Program-made: the position numbers and the translations under genes | Notes under the pieces: generated by a model | Seen by the model: only the letters and a program-made list of their open reading frames with translations | Databases searched by the model: none | Told to the model about the DNA's origin: nothing | Part shown: piece after piece, positions 38,681-52,355 of the stretch | How positions within the stretch are numbered: the stretch's first letter is position 1 | Layout: the number at the start of each line of letters is the position of its first letter | Assembly (NCBI GenBank): GCA_951406725.2 | Contig: OX597830.1 | Coordinates: 4,402,001 to 4,466,000, forward strand | DNA length: 64,000 nucleotides | Source: Octopus vulgaris | Taxonomy: Eukaryota | Reading direction: 5' to 3'

Positions 38681-38752
38681 CATATATGTATATATATATA
38701 TATCTATATACATGTGTGTGTGAGTGTAAAATGCAAACGGCTGTGATCGGTT

Positions 38753-39148
38753 CAGGAGTGGCTGTGTGGTAAGTAGTTTGCTTACCAACCACATCGTTTG
38801 GGGTTCAGTCCCACTGCGTGGCACCTTGGCCAAGTGTCTTCTACTCTAGCCTTGGGCCAACCAAAGCCTTGTGAGTGGATTTGATAGACAGAAACTGAAA
38901 GAAGCCTGTCATATGTATATATATATGTGTGTGTGTGTGTGCGTCTATGTTTGCTTCCTCCTCCACTATCGCTTGATAACCAATGTTGATGTGTTCACGT
39001 CCCCGTAACTTAGCGGTTCAGCAAAAGAAACCGAAAGAATAAGTACTAGGTTTATAAAGAATAAGTCCTGTAGTCGACTCGTTCATCTAAAGGCGGTGCT
39101 CCAGCATTGTTGTGGTCAAATGACTAAAAAAATACAAGAATAAAAGAA
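38753..39148 (+). mobile_element. SINE family A, full length (tRNA-like head, internal microsatellite, aaaaga tail)
   Basis: A-box-like tggctgtgtggtaag and B-box-like ggttcagtccc; many copies in the window. Confidence 0.85.
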
Positions 39149-42100
39149 TAATATATTTACATGTGTGTGTGTGCATTTTATGTCCATTTTTTTAGTGCTC
39201 GGATGGGTAAAACAACTGCATATAAAGAGGCATTGTTTTTTACAGTTGAATGCCTTTCCTGCCACTAACCTTTACCAGATTTTGTAAGTGAGGGATTTCT
39301 CATTCCATTTATTTTTCAAAGAACAGAGGAAGCAGTTGATTTGTTGAGAGGGAATTGTCAAGAATGAACATTGTTTGTAGCTCAGAGCTTTCTTTATGCA
39401 AAACACAGGCTGTAAGTATTCACACACACACTTTTATATAAGGTGCCATAAAGACATTTTAGATTAGTATTTTCATAATATTTAATACTCTTAATCTCTT
39501 GTTTGCTCATGTAATAACTTTTCACACATAATGGGGAAAAAATCACCTGTAAGGGAAAGAAATATAAAGATTATAATTAAGAAGCCATTTAAGTTTAAGA
39601 ATAGAAACCAACTTATATGTCAGTCCTCAGTGTGTGAGTGCGAGTATACATATATATATATATATATATATATATGTATTTATATATATATATGTATTTA
39701 TATATATATATGTATTTATATATATATATATATGTATTTATATATATATATATATATTTATATGTATATATATATATATATATATATCCATCGATCAAAT
39801 CTTACTCACAAGGAAGCTGTAAAGAGAATCCATATTATTGAGTCAAACTTTCTTGCTTCTGGTCTCTGTTGTTATAAAGATTACACACACACACACACAC
39901 ACAGACACACACATATATATCAGCCACACATGCACACATGATGCATATACGTATCTATAAAAAGATTGGAGAGTTTGTAGTGAAATTATTGACATGATTG
40001 AGATATAAGTAAACCATTTCAGAATTTATTATCAAGTCTTGCTCTATGTGTGTGTGTGTGAGATGAGTATTATACAGTTTCCATCAATCAAATTTTCATA
40101 AGTGAGGGACAATGGTAGAAGATTCTTGCTGAAGGTATCACTCAGTAAAAATGAGCCCTCACCCGTGTAGCCCTGAGTCACGCTTCTTAGCCTCTCATCA
40201 ATAACTTTACCATCCAATTAGATCTCTACTCATTGAATTCATTCATGTCATAACAATATAAGATACAAATGTAACTTTTAGTCTGTAGCTATTAAAGGGA
40301 CTGAGCTGGCCTGGAATTATTGGCATGTCAGATAAAAGGCTTAGCAGCATTATCTCCATCTTTATACGCTGAGTTCAAATTCCTGCAAGGTTGACTTTAC
40401 CTTTCATCCTTTCAGGGTTGATAAAATAAGTACCAGTTGAAAGCTGAGGTCAGTGCAATGAACTTGCTTCCTCCCCTAAATTTCCGCAGAAAGGATTACA
40501 TGTCTGCCTGGTTACGTTTGGCCTGAGGTTAAACATCAACATTATTGTTCACACACGTGTAATGAAAACTTATTTGAAGTGGGTGAGAAGTTAAATTAAT
40601 TCCTTACCATTTCCAGGTTTGCAGTGTTTAGGTTTGAAATAGTGAAGTGGGACAGAAGTGATGAAGTAATTTTAATTTTGGTTTCTCCCAGATATTTTTT
40701 CACATAATTACTTCCTTTTTCATTTGTTCATGTTTGCATGGAAATGTAGAGCTGAGATTACATGGAATAAATTACTTTTGAATAAAGTAGCATTTTCCTT
40801 GTTACCTAATTTTAATTTAGCAACAATTGAGAAATTCTTAAGATTTTATTGCAATGTTTTACTTCATAAATGCAATTTGTAAATAAATGAAAATAATTAA
40901 AATAACAATGAAAAAAAACTGAAAAGACATAATTAGCTTTTTAAGTGGAACTATACATATTAGAACCTGTATTAAAATCAGAGCCTGTACGTTGATCCTT
41001 TGAGTAACTCGCTGAAAACAAATATCATTGCAGAATATGTCAAGTATGTTTAAACATAGATCCACTTATAAGCTAGAATTGAAGGATATTGAAACCTGAT
41101 CCTAGAATATTTGTTTGCTTAGAGGCAAAAATGCAGTTGGCATCGTGCCATGTGTTATTCTATTTGATTGTGTTTTTGTTTTTTAAGAGTTGCATAAACT
41201 TCATTAATGACTCTTTAGCCATTAACATAGCAAATCTTATTTAGTTACTTTTAACAATAATTCCTCGCATTTCTTTCTTCATTTTTTTTTTTTTAATGTC
41301 TGATGATGTTTGTTGCAGAAACTAGTTTCAAAAATGGATAAATGAGAGAGTGTGGCATCATTTTATTATAAGATATAAATCTTATTCTGAATATAGTGAA
41401 GTAAAGTAGATTAGTTTATTTCTTTGGTTCCCGTCGGCTGTACGGCATCTCGATGTGTCATACGAAATAAGTTTGGTGATAATTTGGGAGGAATATTTCA
41501 AATTAATGAAAAACAAATAGTTCTAAGTAATGGCAAGTAATAAAATGACAGAATCCCCAAACCAGATAATTAAGGGGAAAAAAATAAGCATTGAGAAGAG
41601 GTTGGTGAATAGTATTTGAGATTGTAGCAAAGATTGACAAAATTGTTTAGAGAAGAGTTAAATTGAAGTAAAGAGCTTTGCTGATGTTGTTATATAGCCA
41701 ACTCTGGTGGTTTCTATTGACAGCGTCTCATGTAAAGATGTTAATAAGTAAGAAGTCTGAAAGCTGATGTTGTAATCCAATTATTTTACTACTAAACAAT
41801 CTTCACTACAGTTCTAGTTTAGCAATTTGAAAAAGAAGGTGAATAAGTTAAATGGATCATAACAAAATTTGAATTCTGTTCAATAGAGAGGAGTTTTTAC
41901 AATTTTAACTACAGCAACAGCATTTGTGTGAAGAAGTGAATTAAAATTTGGACTGTGGTGTGTGTGTGTGTGTGTGTGAGTGTAATTGATGGCAGAATCA
42001 CTAATGTTTTAGCAATATTCTTTGTGCACAGAGATGAAATCTTGCAAAGACATGATGCTACTTTTCAACCTTCTGAGTTCATTGAAACAAAACCCGACAT

Positions 42101-43496
42101 GTACGAGGATCAATTAAATTGATCATTGTCTTCTCCAAAATTGGTGGCAATAACAGAAATACTAATACTGTTTTTTTTTACCTCTAAATTTCTGATTTAG
42201 TTCCAATGTCACAGAGTAGGAATTATTACCATTTTTCATTCTTTGGACAAAGATTTTAACCTTACACAAACAATGAGAGTGATCTGGTCAATCAAACAGA
42301 TGAAAGTGATGAGGAAAATAGCAATTCAAGTGAACAAATATGGTAGATGAGAAAAAGGCCTATTGTTGTTATTCTCCTGATTTTTTCTTTCATTTTTTTT
42401 TGTGATTCTGTCCATTAGTTTGCCTGCAAGCATTAATCTTGAGTTGGGTGTACAGCTATTTATATTTTTGCTGAGGAGCCCAGGTGGATAGCAAAGTTAG
42501 ACACAGGGGCCCAGGTCTGAGAGGGTTAAAGTTATCATAAAATACATCAGGGTTAACAAGTGTTCTGTTAGAATGTTCTAACAAAGTTTGCAGCTCTGCA
42601 CATCCCAGTGTCGTTAGAGTTTCTAGATTCTGCCTACGTCCATCTTCTATTAATCTTTTCTTTATTTGTAAAGTGGCAAACGTTTGATGAACTGCTTTAT
42701 AATACGTATTTTAACTGATTATATTCTGAGTTCAGATCTAGTCAAAGTCAGTTTTTTATTACATCATTTTAGGGTCCATAAAATAAAGTATCAGTCTAAA
42801 GTTTGGGGAATGTTAAAGCATGAAACAGGATTCTTCACAATGTTTGAAGTGGCTCTTGGTGTCCTTGGTTCAAATCCTTCTTTGGTCTTCTTGCCTTGAA
42901 GACTTTAATATGTTGTCCAGAATACCACAAACACCTGGCACTTTGGGTGCCTTTTCTGGTGTCCACTCAATCCTAAGCATTTGAAGTTAACTCTATCCCA
43001 CCCTCCTACAATCTTGGAGGCTCAACGAAACGGTTATAAGCACTGCCTTCCCTACTGACTTTAAGATAAAAAGGATTTTCTTGTATGGGTTTGATGTGCC
43101 TGCCTATTCTAATCTGTTGTTCTTGTTGTTGGTTTTCTGGGTGGACGAGAGGGCTAAGGAGGGGTACCTCTTCTTTTTGTACAGATGGGTTACATCTTGA
43201 CAGCCAACTTAAACTGGATGCTGTGTCTTTACTGTTAATAGGTCATGTGATATTGAAATCAAGTTTTATGATGGAGTAGCATCACAGAATCTGAGTGTAT
43301 TTAATTCAGAACCAAGTTATTTAATATATATATTGTATTAATGTTTAGCAGAAGCAACAGAGTGATTTACGGGCCAAGAATTTTGTGTCAACACTTACCA
43401 AACTTTGATAGGTGTTAATGAATGAAACTTTTTGTCCTTGAGTTACTCTGTTGCTTCTGTTAAATATTAGTAAATATCTTTCTGTCTGTCTATCTA

Positions 43497-43582
<86 letters not shown>

Positions 43583-43602
43583 CTGCTCTCTCTCTCTCAA
43601 TG

Positions 43603-43705
<103 letters not shown>

Positions 43706-44541
43706 TCATGTTTTGAGTTCTAATTTTTTTGTCTGCATCACCAAACTTGTTAATTAACATATTAATTTTGTAAAAGTATATCTAATTATGAAGACATCAA
43801 ACGACCAAACTATTTCACAGCCAATATTCATGACAGATTCATTAGATTGTCAGATGAAATATCCTGTGGCACTTCATTCCTGCTTTTTACAGTTTCAAAC
43901 CCTCTTTCATTCTTTCCATATCTTTCCTCTGGGGCCAGTAAAGTACAAGACAAATACTAGAATTTAAGAAATGAACGATTGTTCTCACAACAAATTTAAG
44001 GTCTTATACTTAAATTAGAAACATTTTCTTTTAGCACTAAACATGGGACATAACTTTAAGCATGTTCTGTACTGTTGAAACTTTTCAGCAAAATCAGATT
44101 TAGTGTGACTTGCCCAAACAATATGTTATTAAGTGAATTGTTGAGTAAACATCCAGAAATATAAATAGTTAGCACCAGAATAAGTGAATTAATGAAAAGT
44201 AAAATTCCTGTGAGACGCCATCCTTGTCTGATATAATTTGTTGTCTTTCCCATTGACATGTGGTCTAAAATAACGATTTATGACATTTGGGGGAAAAGGA
44301 TGTTCGGTTATTGAAATTGGCATTGAGTACAAACTTTATTATTCAAGCCACACACACCCACTTGTATATACATGCTGAGGAATGGATAGATATGTATAAT
44401 TTACATATATATATGCATGTGTATATATATGTACATCTGTATGTGTATTTATATATATATATATGTGTGTGTGTGTGAATATATATATGCGTGTGTGTGT
44501 GGATATGTATGTATATAATTGAGTCAATATACATATGCATG

Positions 44542-44755
44542 TAAGGCAGTGAGCTGGCAGAAACGTTAGCATGCCGGGCGAAATGCTTTGCGGTATTTCA
44601 TCTTTATGGTCTGAGTTCAAATTCTGCTGAGGTCAACTTTGCTTTCATCCTTTCGTGGTTGATAAATTCAGTACCAGTTGCATACTTGGGTCAATCTAAT
44701 CAACTGGCCCCTTCCTCCAAAATTTCAGGCCTTGTGCCTAGAGTAGAAAAGAATA
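44542..44755 (+). mobile_element. SINE family B (tail type ii)
   Basis: Full head, core and ggccttgtgcctagagtagaaaagaat tail. Confidence 0.85.
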
Positions 44756-45179
44756 TATATGCATGTGTAAGTCTGCATATCCATCTGCATCATCACTTTT
44801 AACATCTCACTTTTCCCTGCTTGCATGTGTTAGACTGAATCTTTTGAGGCAGATTTTCCATGGCTGGATGCCCTTCCTGTCACCAACCCTCACCTGTTTC
44901 CAAGCAAGATAATATTTCCCTTGGATGATACATATTTTACATAGGGAACTGGAAATGAGCAATATCACTTGTATGACAGTGATGCTTGTTCACGAAGGTC
45001 ATGTCAAAACAAGACAAGGCTACACACACACACACTACTTCTTTTAGTCTCCATCTGTTGCTACTCACAAATCTTTAGTCTGCCTGAGGCTCTAATAGAA
45101 GCCACCAAGAATTCCACACAGTGAGATTGAGCCCAAGGCTAGACATTTGAAAAGCAAGCTTTGCAACCACACAACCACG

Positions 45180-45512
45180 CCTACACCTATCACACTTGTG
45201 TTGCGCAAGTGTCTTCCGCTACAGCCTTTGGCTGACTGAAACCTTGTGAGTTCATCTGGTAGATGGAAACTAAACGAGTCCCACTGCATAATCATACATA
45301 TACATGTGTGTTTGTGCATGTGTATGTCTTTGTGTTTGTCCTCACCACTGTTTGACAAGTGCTGTTGGTTTGTTTACACCCTATGACCTAGCAGTTCTGA
45401 AAAAGCAACTGATAGAACAAGTACAAGACATAAAATAAGTACTGGGGTCAATTTGCTCCCTTAATCCCTAAAAGCATGGCTGCAGTCCAGTGACTAAAAC
45501 AAGTAAAAGATA
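45180..45512 (+). mobile_element. SINE family A, diverged
   Basis: gcaagtgtcttc...ggaaactaaacga...tgtttgtcc...gactaaaacaagtaaaaga. Confidence 0.65.
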
Positions 45513-46003
45513 CACACACACGCACGTCTGTTTCGTTTTGGTTATCTGCATTGCACCCAGCAAGATACACACAACGGATATAGATTCCTTTCAATAAACA
45601 ATTCAAAATAATAGTTATGTCACACAAAAGCTCTGTGTTTGCTCTGATTCTACTGCTTCATGTTGATGTAGTGAGAGATCTCTCTTCTCCCCAGTGACTT
45701 GCAGCTCCAAGTGATAATTGCTACGATATCATTATCACCAGACCATCTAATGATAGCACTCCACTCATTTACTGATTATCTTCAACCATTTGTCAGTTTT
45801 GCGTCACTAATGGAACCATCTAAGAGCTATAACTCAAAACCTAATTCTGTAGATTTATGTTTTCTTTCTCACTCCACACCTAATTCCCCTTTGTTTTTCC
45901 TTTCTTCCTTTCTTTTTCATACCCCCACCTGCCCCGCGCCATACCTTTCCGCTCTTAGAACCATTTCTTTTTAAAGCACTGCTTTACCTCTCTTCCAACA
46001 ATA

Positions 46004-46207
46004 CTACATCATAGTTCCAGTGTGTCTTGTAGTGATGGTCTTCTTCGAACACAAAAAAGGAGAAAAGCAATAACATATTCTTGTGAAACAATTCTTGTCA
46101 TAAGCATTTTTTTTTTCTTCGTCTTCCATTTCAAATGTAGTTTCATTTTCACTTTCCTCAGCTATTGTTTTGGCCGTTTCTTTCTTTTCTTTCATCGATC
46201 TTCTTTT
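46004..46207 (-). CDS. Possible host coding exon (unidentified)
   Basis: Non-repetitive frame KRRSMKEKKETAKTIAEESENETTFEMEDEEKKNAYDKNCFTRICYCFSPFLCSKK... after a tatttag acceptor-like site; no family recognised. Confidence 0.25.
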   Translation of the reverse strand, partial: KRRSMKEKKETAKTIAEESENETTFEMEDEEKKNAYDKNCFTRICYCFSPFLCSKKTITTRHTGTMM

Positions 46208-46934
46208 CTAAATACAAGACTGTCTTTTACACACAACAATCTTTTTAGAGAGAAATAAGAAAATAAAAAACGAAATAAAAATATAGAAATTTTAAATTAT
46301 ACATAAAATAGAAAACGGGGGGGGGGGATGAGAATGTAAATTTAAAATAATAATAATAATGATTCCAAAGAATTCCAATCTAGTTATGTTTATAATAATC
46401 TTCTTAACAAGAGTTATGTGCAGTAAAGTGTAAAGATAGCATAATAATTAAGAAGTCTTATATATGTTTATATACATACACGCATTACACAAGATACATA
46501 TGTGTTCTTAATTATTATTATGCCAAGTTCATACACATACATACACATATTGTTTTCAAAAATGCAGTTAGAAGCTGCTGAATTCAAAAAGTTTCTATTT
46601 TCTTGTAAATAAAATAGTATTTATTTAATACATTTGAAACAACCTTTGCAGATTGTGTGCTTAGCTCAATGTTTTCTTTATTCACTCAATTCATGTAGGA
46701 AGCGATGCAATTTATTTCACCACATTACAGCAAAGGAATGGCAAATATTACAGAATTTAATTCTCAGTTTAACACCATCAATGGGCTCTTGGATATAGTG
46801 CTGTCTCTATTGTATGGGGATAGTAGGTTATGGTGCAGGGACCCATGGGGCTAGAGATTTGATGCTGATTTATGGTGTGTCACAAATGTAAGGGACCAAT
46901 CAGTTGAGAAGACAATGATTAGATGTCATCAGCA

Positions 46935-47155
46935 GAGTGGAGTCTGGCAGAATCGTTAGCATGCCGGGCGAAATGCTTAGAGGTATTTCATCTGCTGCTA
47001 CATTCTGAGTTCAAATTCCGCTGAGGTCGACTTTGCTTTTCATCTTTTTAAGGGTCAATTAAATAAGTACCAGTTATGCATTGAGGTCAATGTAATCGAC
47101 TTAATTCCTTGTTTGTCTCCTCTATGTTTAGCCCTCTGTGGGCAATGAAGAAATA
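46935..47155 (+). mobile_element. SINE family B (tail type i)
   Basis: Ends tttagccctctgtgggcaatgaagaaata. Confidence 0.82.
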
Positions 47156-47319
47156 AATGCATTCCAGCTGGGTCTTTTATCTGGATAGAACTTCTTTCCT
47201 TCCTCCCACAGCGGAGGGGTGGGGTGTGTCCTTCATCATCTGTCAGTTTAAGCAAATGAAAACACCAAAAGAATCAAAGCGTTTGTATGTGTGTTGGTCT
47301 AATTATGATATTTGAAATA

Positions 47320-47650
47320 AGGAGCACTCTGTTGTTTACGACGACGAGGGTCCCAGCTGATATGATCAATGGAACAGCCTGCTTGAGAAATTAACGTGCA
47401 AGTGGCTGAGCAATCCACAGACACGTGTACTCTTAGCCTAGTTCTTAGGAAGAGTCAGTATAACACTGAGTGTGACAAGGCTGGCCCTTTGAAATACAGG
47501 TACTACTCATTTTTTTTTTGCCAGCTGAGTGGACTGGAGCAACATGAAATAAAGTGTCTTGCTCAAGGACACAATACGTTGCCGGGAATTGAACTCATGA
47601 TCTTACAATCGTGAGCCAAATGTCCTGACCACAAAGCCATGTGCCTTCAC
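47320..47650 (-). mobile_element. SINE family D, full length
   Basis: Reverse complement of 4135-4396 with a longer interior; a related copy lies near 7555-7810 (-). Confidence 0.8.
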
Positions 47651-48470
47651 CTATGAAATAATGAACTTGATGTATACAGTACTCAAGTGCACAACATTAT
47701 GTATGTTTGTATGAGTGTGTGTATTAATACAGTTTAGCTAATGTAACACACTGTGCCGGTCCATAGATCACCTTGATTTTTTAATTTCATTACAGATGTT
47801 TTGTTATGTATTTGGGCAGGCAGTACACTTAATTATAAAAGCCTCCAGTAAATCTAGATGCCAAAAATAGGTTCCTATAAAAGACTGGTATCCTATCTCG
47901 ACCGAGATTTATTTCGCATGTACTTAATGCTGTGAGATTTGTTTCACATGTACTTAAAGCATTGAAACTGGAGCTTGGCACCAATCCTTAAAAGAACCAC
48001 CTGCTGCTAAATGGTGCATTGATATTCATATAAATGGCACAGTCTTGCCTTTACAGTTAAGAGGGTTGCCTCACAATTATGTGGTTTCAGGTTCAGTCCC
48101 ACTGTACAACATCTTGGTCAAGAATCTTCTGTTATAGCCCCAAGCAGACGAAAGCCTTGCGTGATGGAAACAAATAGAAGCCCATTGTATATGTGTACAT
48201 ACCATACACACATGCATTTACTTTTATATATTCAGTATGTGTATACACACACACACACACTCACACTCGCACATGTGCACACACATCATGTATCTATAGG
48301 TTTGTATATGTATATATACATATATATACACTCATCTGATGTTTTTAACTGGCCAAGAAATTCATGTAGAGCATTGATCAAACTTTGATGTGCATGAAAC
48401 TTGGCTCTTCAGTCACCTGTGTAGCTTACTGCCAATTTAAAGAAATAACAAACTGTCATATATATATATA

Positions 48471-48866
48471 TACTCTTTTACTCTTTTACTTGTTTCAGTC
48501 CTTTGACTGTGGCCATGCTGGAGCACCACCTTTAGTCGAGCAACTCGACCCCAGGACTTATTCTTTGTAAGCCCAGTACTTATTCTATCGGTCTCTTTTG
48601 CCGAACCGCTAAGTTACGGGGACATAAACACACCAGCATCGGTTGTCAAGCAATGCTAGGGAGACAAACACAGACACACACACACACATACATACATATA
48701 TACGACAGGCTTCTTTCAGTTTCCGTCTACCAAATCCACTCACAAGGCATTGGTCGGCCCGAGGCTATAGTAGAAGACACTTGCCCAAGGTGCCACGCAG
48801 TGGGATTGAGCCCGGAACCATGTGGTTGGTAAGCAAGCTACTTATCACACAGCCATTCCTGCGCCT
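48471..48866 (-). mobile_element. SINE family A, full length, young
   Basis: Reverse complement of the family; nearly identical to 56257-56666. Confidence 0.88.
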
Positions 48867-49706
48867 ATATATACAAAATTTAGAGGACTGACCTGAATGT
48901 ATATAACCAGAACAGATAAGAAAGGTGAGGTGAAAGTGTAGATGTTTATTGCATTTACTCTCTCACTTTGTTTCTCTTATATGTTCTGTTCCCCCACACA
49001 CACTCACAGACACACACACATGACCAAAGCATTTGTGTGTGTGTGTGTGTGTGTGCTGTTGATATGATATTCAAAAAAATATGACATTGAGATGAATTTA
49101 TTTAATCCAAGTTTACTTGTTTAGAATTGATATTAAATCTTCTGTGTTTGCCTTCAAGACAGAAAGATGAAGTAGAGTGCATAAAAAAGGAAGAGAAGCA
49201 CTTGTTAAGGAAATAGAAAGAAAGAGAAAAAGTAGCCCAGCTCCACTGCCTGTGGAATGCTTTTACCAAAACCTGATTGCTAACACATGACGGCAAGGAA
49301 GAAACAGTGCACTCAAAAACACATTTGTCCATTTTAAAAGTGATATTTACTTTTTTCAAACCACAGAACAAGAAAGTCTGATGCATAATTAAGGAAGAAG
49401 AATAGACTTAATTAAAGCAATATGAGTGATATATACAATTTTGCTCAAAGGCAATTTGCATTGTGCCCTAAGCTTTCTTCTCAGTAGATACCGCCATCCA
49501 ATGTACCAGTTGACATTGCACAGGTCCACAGTATAAAACACATCAACAAACGGGGATTTAGCATCCCTTTATTTTCATCTCTGACATTTCATAACGTTAG
49601 CATTTATATTGTAGCTGACATCTTTGAGTCAATGATATAATCATTTAGACAGCAGTGCTTTCCTTAACAACAACATCACAGCAGTTTCATGATGAATGGT
49701 GACGAC

Positions 49707-49764
<58 letters not shown>

Positions 49765-50807
49765 GTTGTATGCATGTATGAGTGTGTGTGGTGAATGTAT
49801 CATCTATCAGTGTAGGTGTATGCTTTAGCAGATACATACATACATATACGCACACACATGTATTGAAAAAGTGTGTATATCCTTTAGTGTGCATATATAT
49901 GTATTAATGTAAGAATGTGTGTGTGTGTGTATATATATCTTTAACCTTTTACTTGTTCAGGCAATAGATTGAGGTCATGCTGGAGCACTGCCTTTAAGAA
50001 TTTTTAACTGAACGAATTGACCCCTGAGCTTATATTTATAAGCCTGGTACTTATTCTATCAGTTTCTTTTGCCAAACTGCTAAGTTAAGGGGGTGGAAAC
50101 ACACTCACACTGGTTGTCAAGCAGTGGTGGGGGATAAACACACACACACATGGGTGCGTTTCTTAGTCTAAACCTGTCAGTAGTGATGCAAGATGGTCTT
50201 GTGGAAGATCAAGTGAAAGTGCAAACATCAATAACCTGTGCATGGTTGCTCAACATGCAGGAAATAACAGTCAAATCTCTTCTGAGCTACACACCACTGT
50301 CTACACAAAGAAAGGACACATTATCTAAGTTAGAAACCTTTAAACACAAGAATGGTCATGGCTGAACATCTTTCTTACATAATGCCAAAAAAGTCTGTTT
50401 GTAATCTAAACAGTTTTAAATAATACATGTAACTTCTACTAAATGTGCTCAGTGCCCTTTTCTTTCATTTATACACTCACTCATATATACATACATGTAT
50501 GTGTGTGTGTGTAATAAAAACACATGTCACATCAAAATTTAATGAGAATAATATTGTAATAAACAAAATTTGAAGATGAATAATCCTGCAATTCTTCTTT
50601 CTGAGGTTGTGATGATGTCCTTCGTTTGCTGCCCGAAATCCAAAGAAGCAAACTCAGGATTTACGTCTTGAGTGAAAGACTGTAATCTTTGCTCTTAAAC
50701 AAGTTACGTGTTCCCTACCATTTGATGTGGTTAGTCAGATGTGGATTATATCAGAGTGTTAATAAGGTGCCTAGCAGGATTCCAAATTGCTATTCCTTTA
50801 TGCTATA

Positions 50808-51018
50808 CAAGGGGTTACTGAAAACTTCCTGGCTGTATTGCGAAAGGCCTGGTTGGAGGCCCAACCTCCTGAGTTCTTTTAAGGGACTTAAAAAAACTGA
50901 AGGACCACTACAATAAGTGAGGGAATCCGAGAGGGGAATATGTTGAATAAAATCATAATTAACTGATCCACCCATATTTTCTTTTACCCAAAGCCAGGAA
51001 CTTTTTGGCACACCCTCG
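50808..51018 (+). mobile_element. Internally deleted mariner element
   Basis: TIRs caaggggttactgaaaacttcctggct / agccaggaactttttggcacaccctcg; retains transposase C-terminus LKKLKDHYNK*GNPRGEYVE*. Confidence 0.8.
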
Positions 51019-51020
51019 TG

Positions 51021-51051
<31 letters not shown>

Positions 51052-51054
51052 CCG

Positions 51055-51384
51055 CATCGACTGGCCTCCGTGCTGGTGGCACGTAACAAACACCATCCGA
51101 TTGTGGCCGTTGCCAGCCTCGCCTGGCCTCCGTGCCAGTGGCACATAAAAAGCACCGTCCGAGCGTGGCTGTTCGCCAGCCTCATCTGGCACCTGTGTCG
51201 GTGGCACATAAAAAGCACCCACTACACTCATGGACTTGTTGGCATTAGGAAGGGCATCCAGCTGTAGAAACGCTGCCAGATCTGACTGGCCTGGTGCAGC
51301 CTTCGGGCTTCCCAGACCCCAGTTGAACCGTCCAACCCATGCTAGCATGGAAAGCGGACGTTAAACGATGATGATGATGATGAT
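51055..51384 (+). mobile_element. Repeat family C, young
   Basis: Three ggtggcac.taaaaagcacc units plus (GAT)n tail. Confidence 0.82.
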
Positions 51385-51403
51385 ATATATACAAACACAC
51401 ATG

Positions 51404-51440
<37 letters not shown>

Positions 51441-52224
51441 ATAGATAGATATATAATGTGTGTGTGTGTGTGTGTGTAAGTATACATTACACCAGCTTAT
51501 TAAGATGGTAAAAGCTAACATTGTGTCACCATAACATTGTCAGTCACATAATGAAATTCTATAGTTAGCAGCTGCAGGAATTTTTACTTCTCTAATCTAT
51601 GATATAATGCGTCCGTCTTTCGGTGCTTCAGAACAAAAAAATCAAAGAGAAAATATTTTGCTTTGAGAAAGAAATCAACTAAATAAACATTCTGAGCACA
51701 TCATAGAATATATTGTGTGACATTAGATATTTGGACCATACTGAATAAATAGAGTTCTCCTATCAATTAATATATTCCTCATTGTCATCGGCACCAATTT
51801 CACAACAATTCTTGATGCATTTTGATGCTCTACAGTACATCGTATAATCAACATGACAACTGTGTCTCATATTTCTGGAAAATTCAACCGTATCATTTCA
51901 CGTCCACCTTTATCTTGTTTTATCATGAAAATTTTCAATCACTTTTCCTCCCACCAGGTGGCACTGGTATCTGCCATCCTTTACCCTGTATGATAATTAT
52001 TCTACTAAAGGAATAATTGATATCTCATAAATCATAACCATGTCATATGATCTGTTTTCCAGTTACTGTAAACAGCCAGCATACCTCAGTTGGTTGAGCA
52101 TCAGGTTTTTATGTAACAAGGGACCTGAAGGGTCATGTGTTCAAGTTCCTCAACTGCTGTGCATAATCATTTAACGGCAGTGCCTCATCACAGCCACAAT
52201 TTATGGACTGAAACAAATAAAAGA

Positions 52225-52355
52225 ATTCTGTTGTGTCTGGGGAGAGTCATTTTCTTTTTGTGCCTTATCATGTAACACACTCACTGGTAAAATTTCACTT
52301 TTTTCTTATTTTTGTTGTCCTAAAATTTTCATTGCATCTTGCAACCTTTTCATTA
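52225..52355 (-). mobile_element. PLE-terminus relative (no tail)
   Basis: attctgttgtgtctggggagagtcat...aacacactcactggtaaaattt matches 18492-18575. Confidence 0.7.

Noticed and set aside
38753-38825. tRNA gene
   Set aside because: A/B-box-like head of a SINE; no cloverleaf, and it continues into the SINE body.
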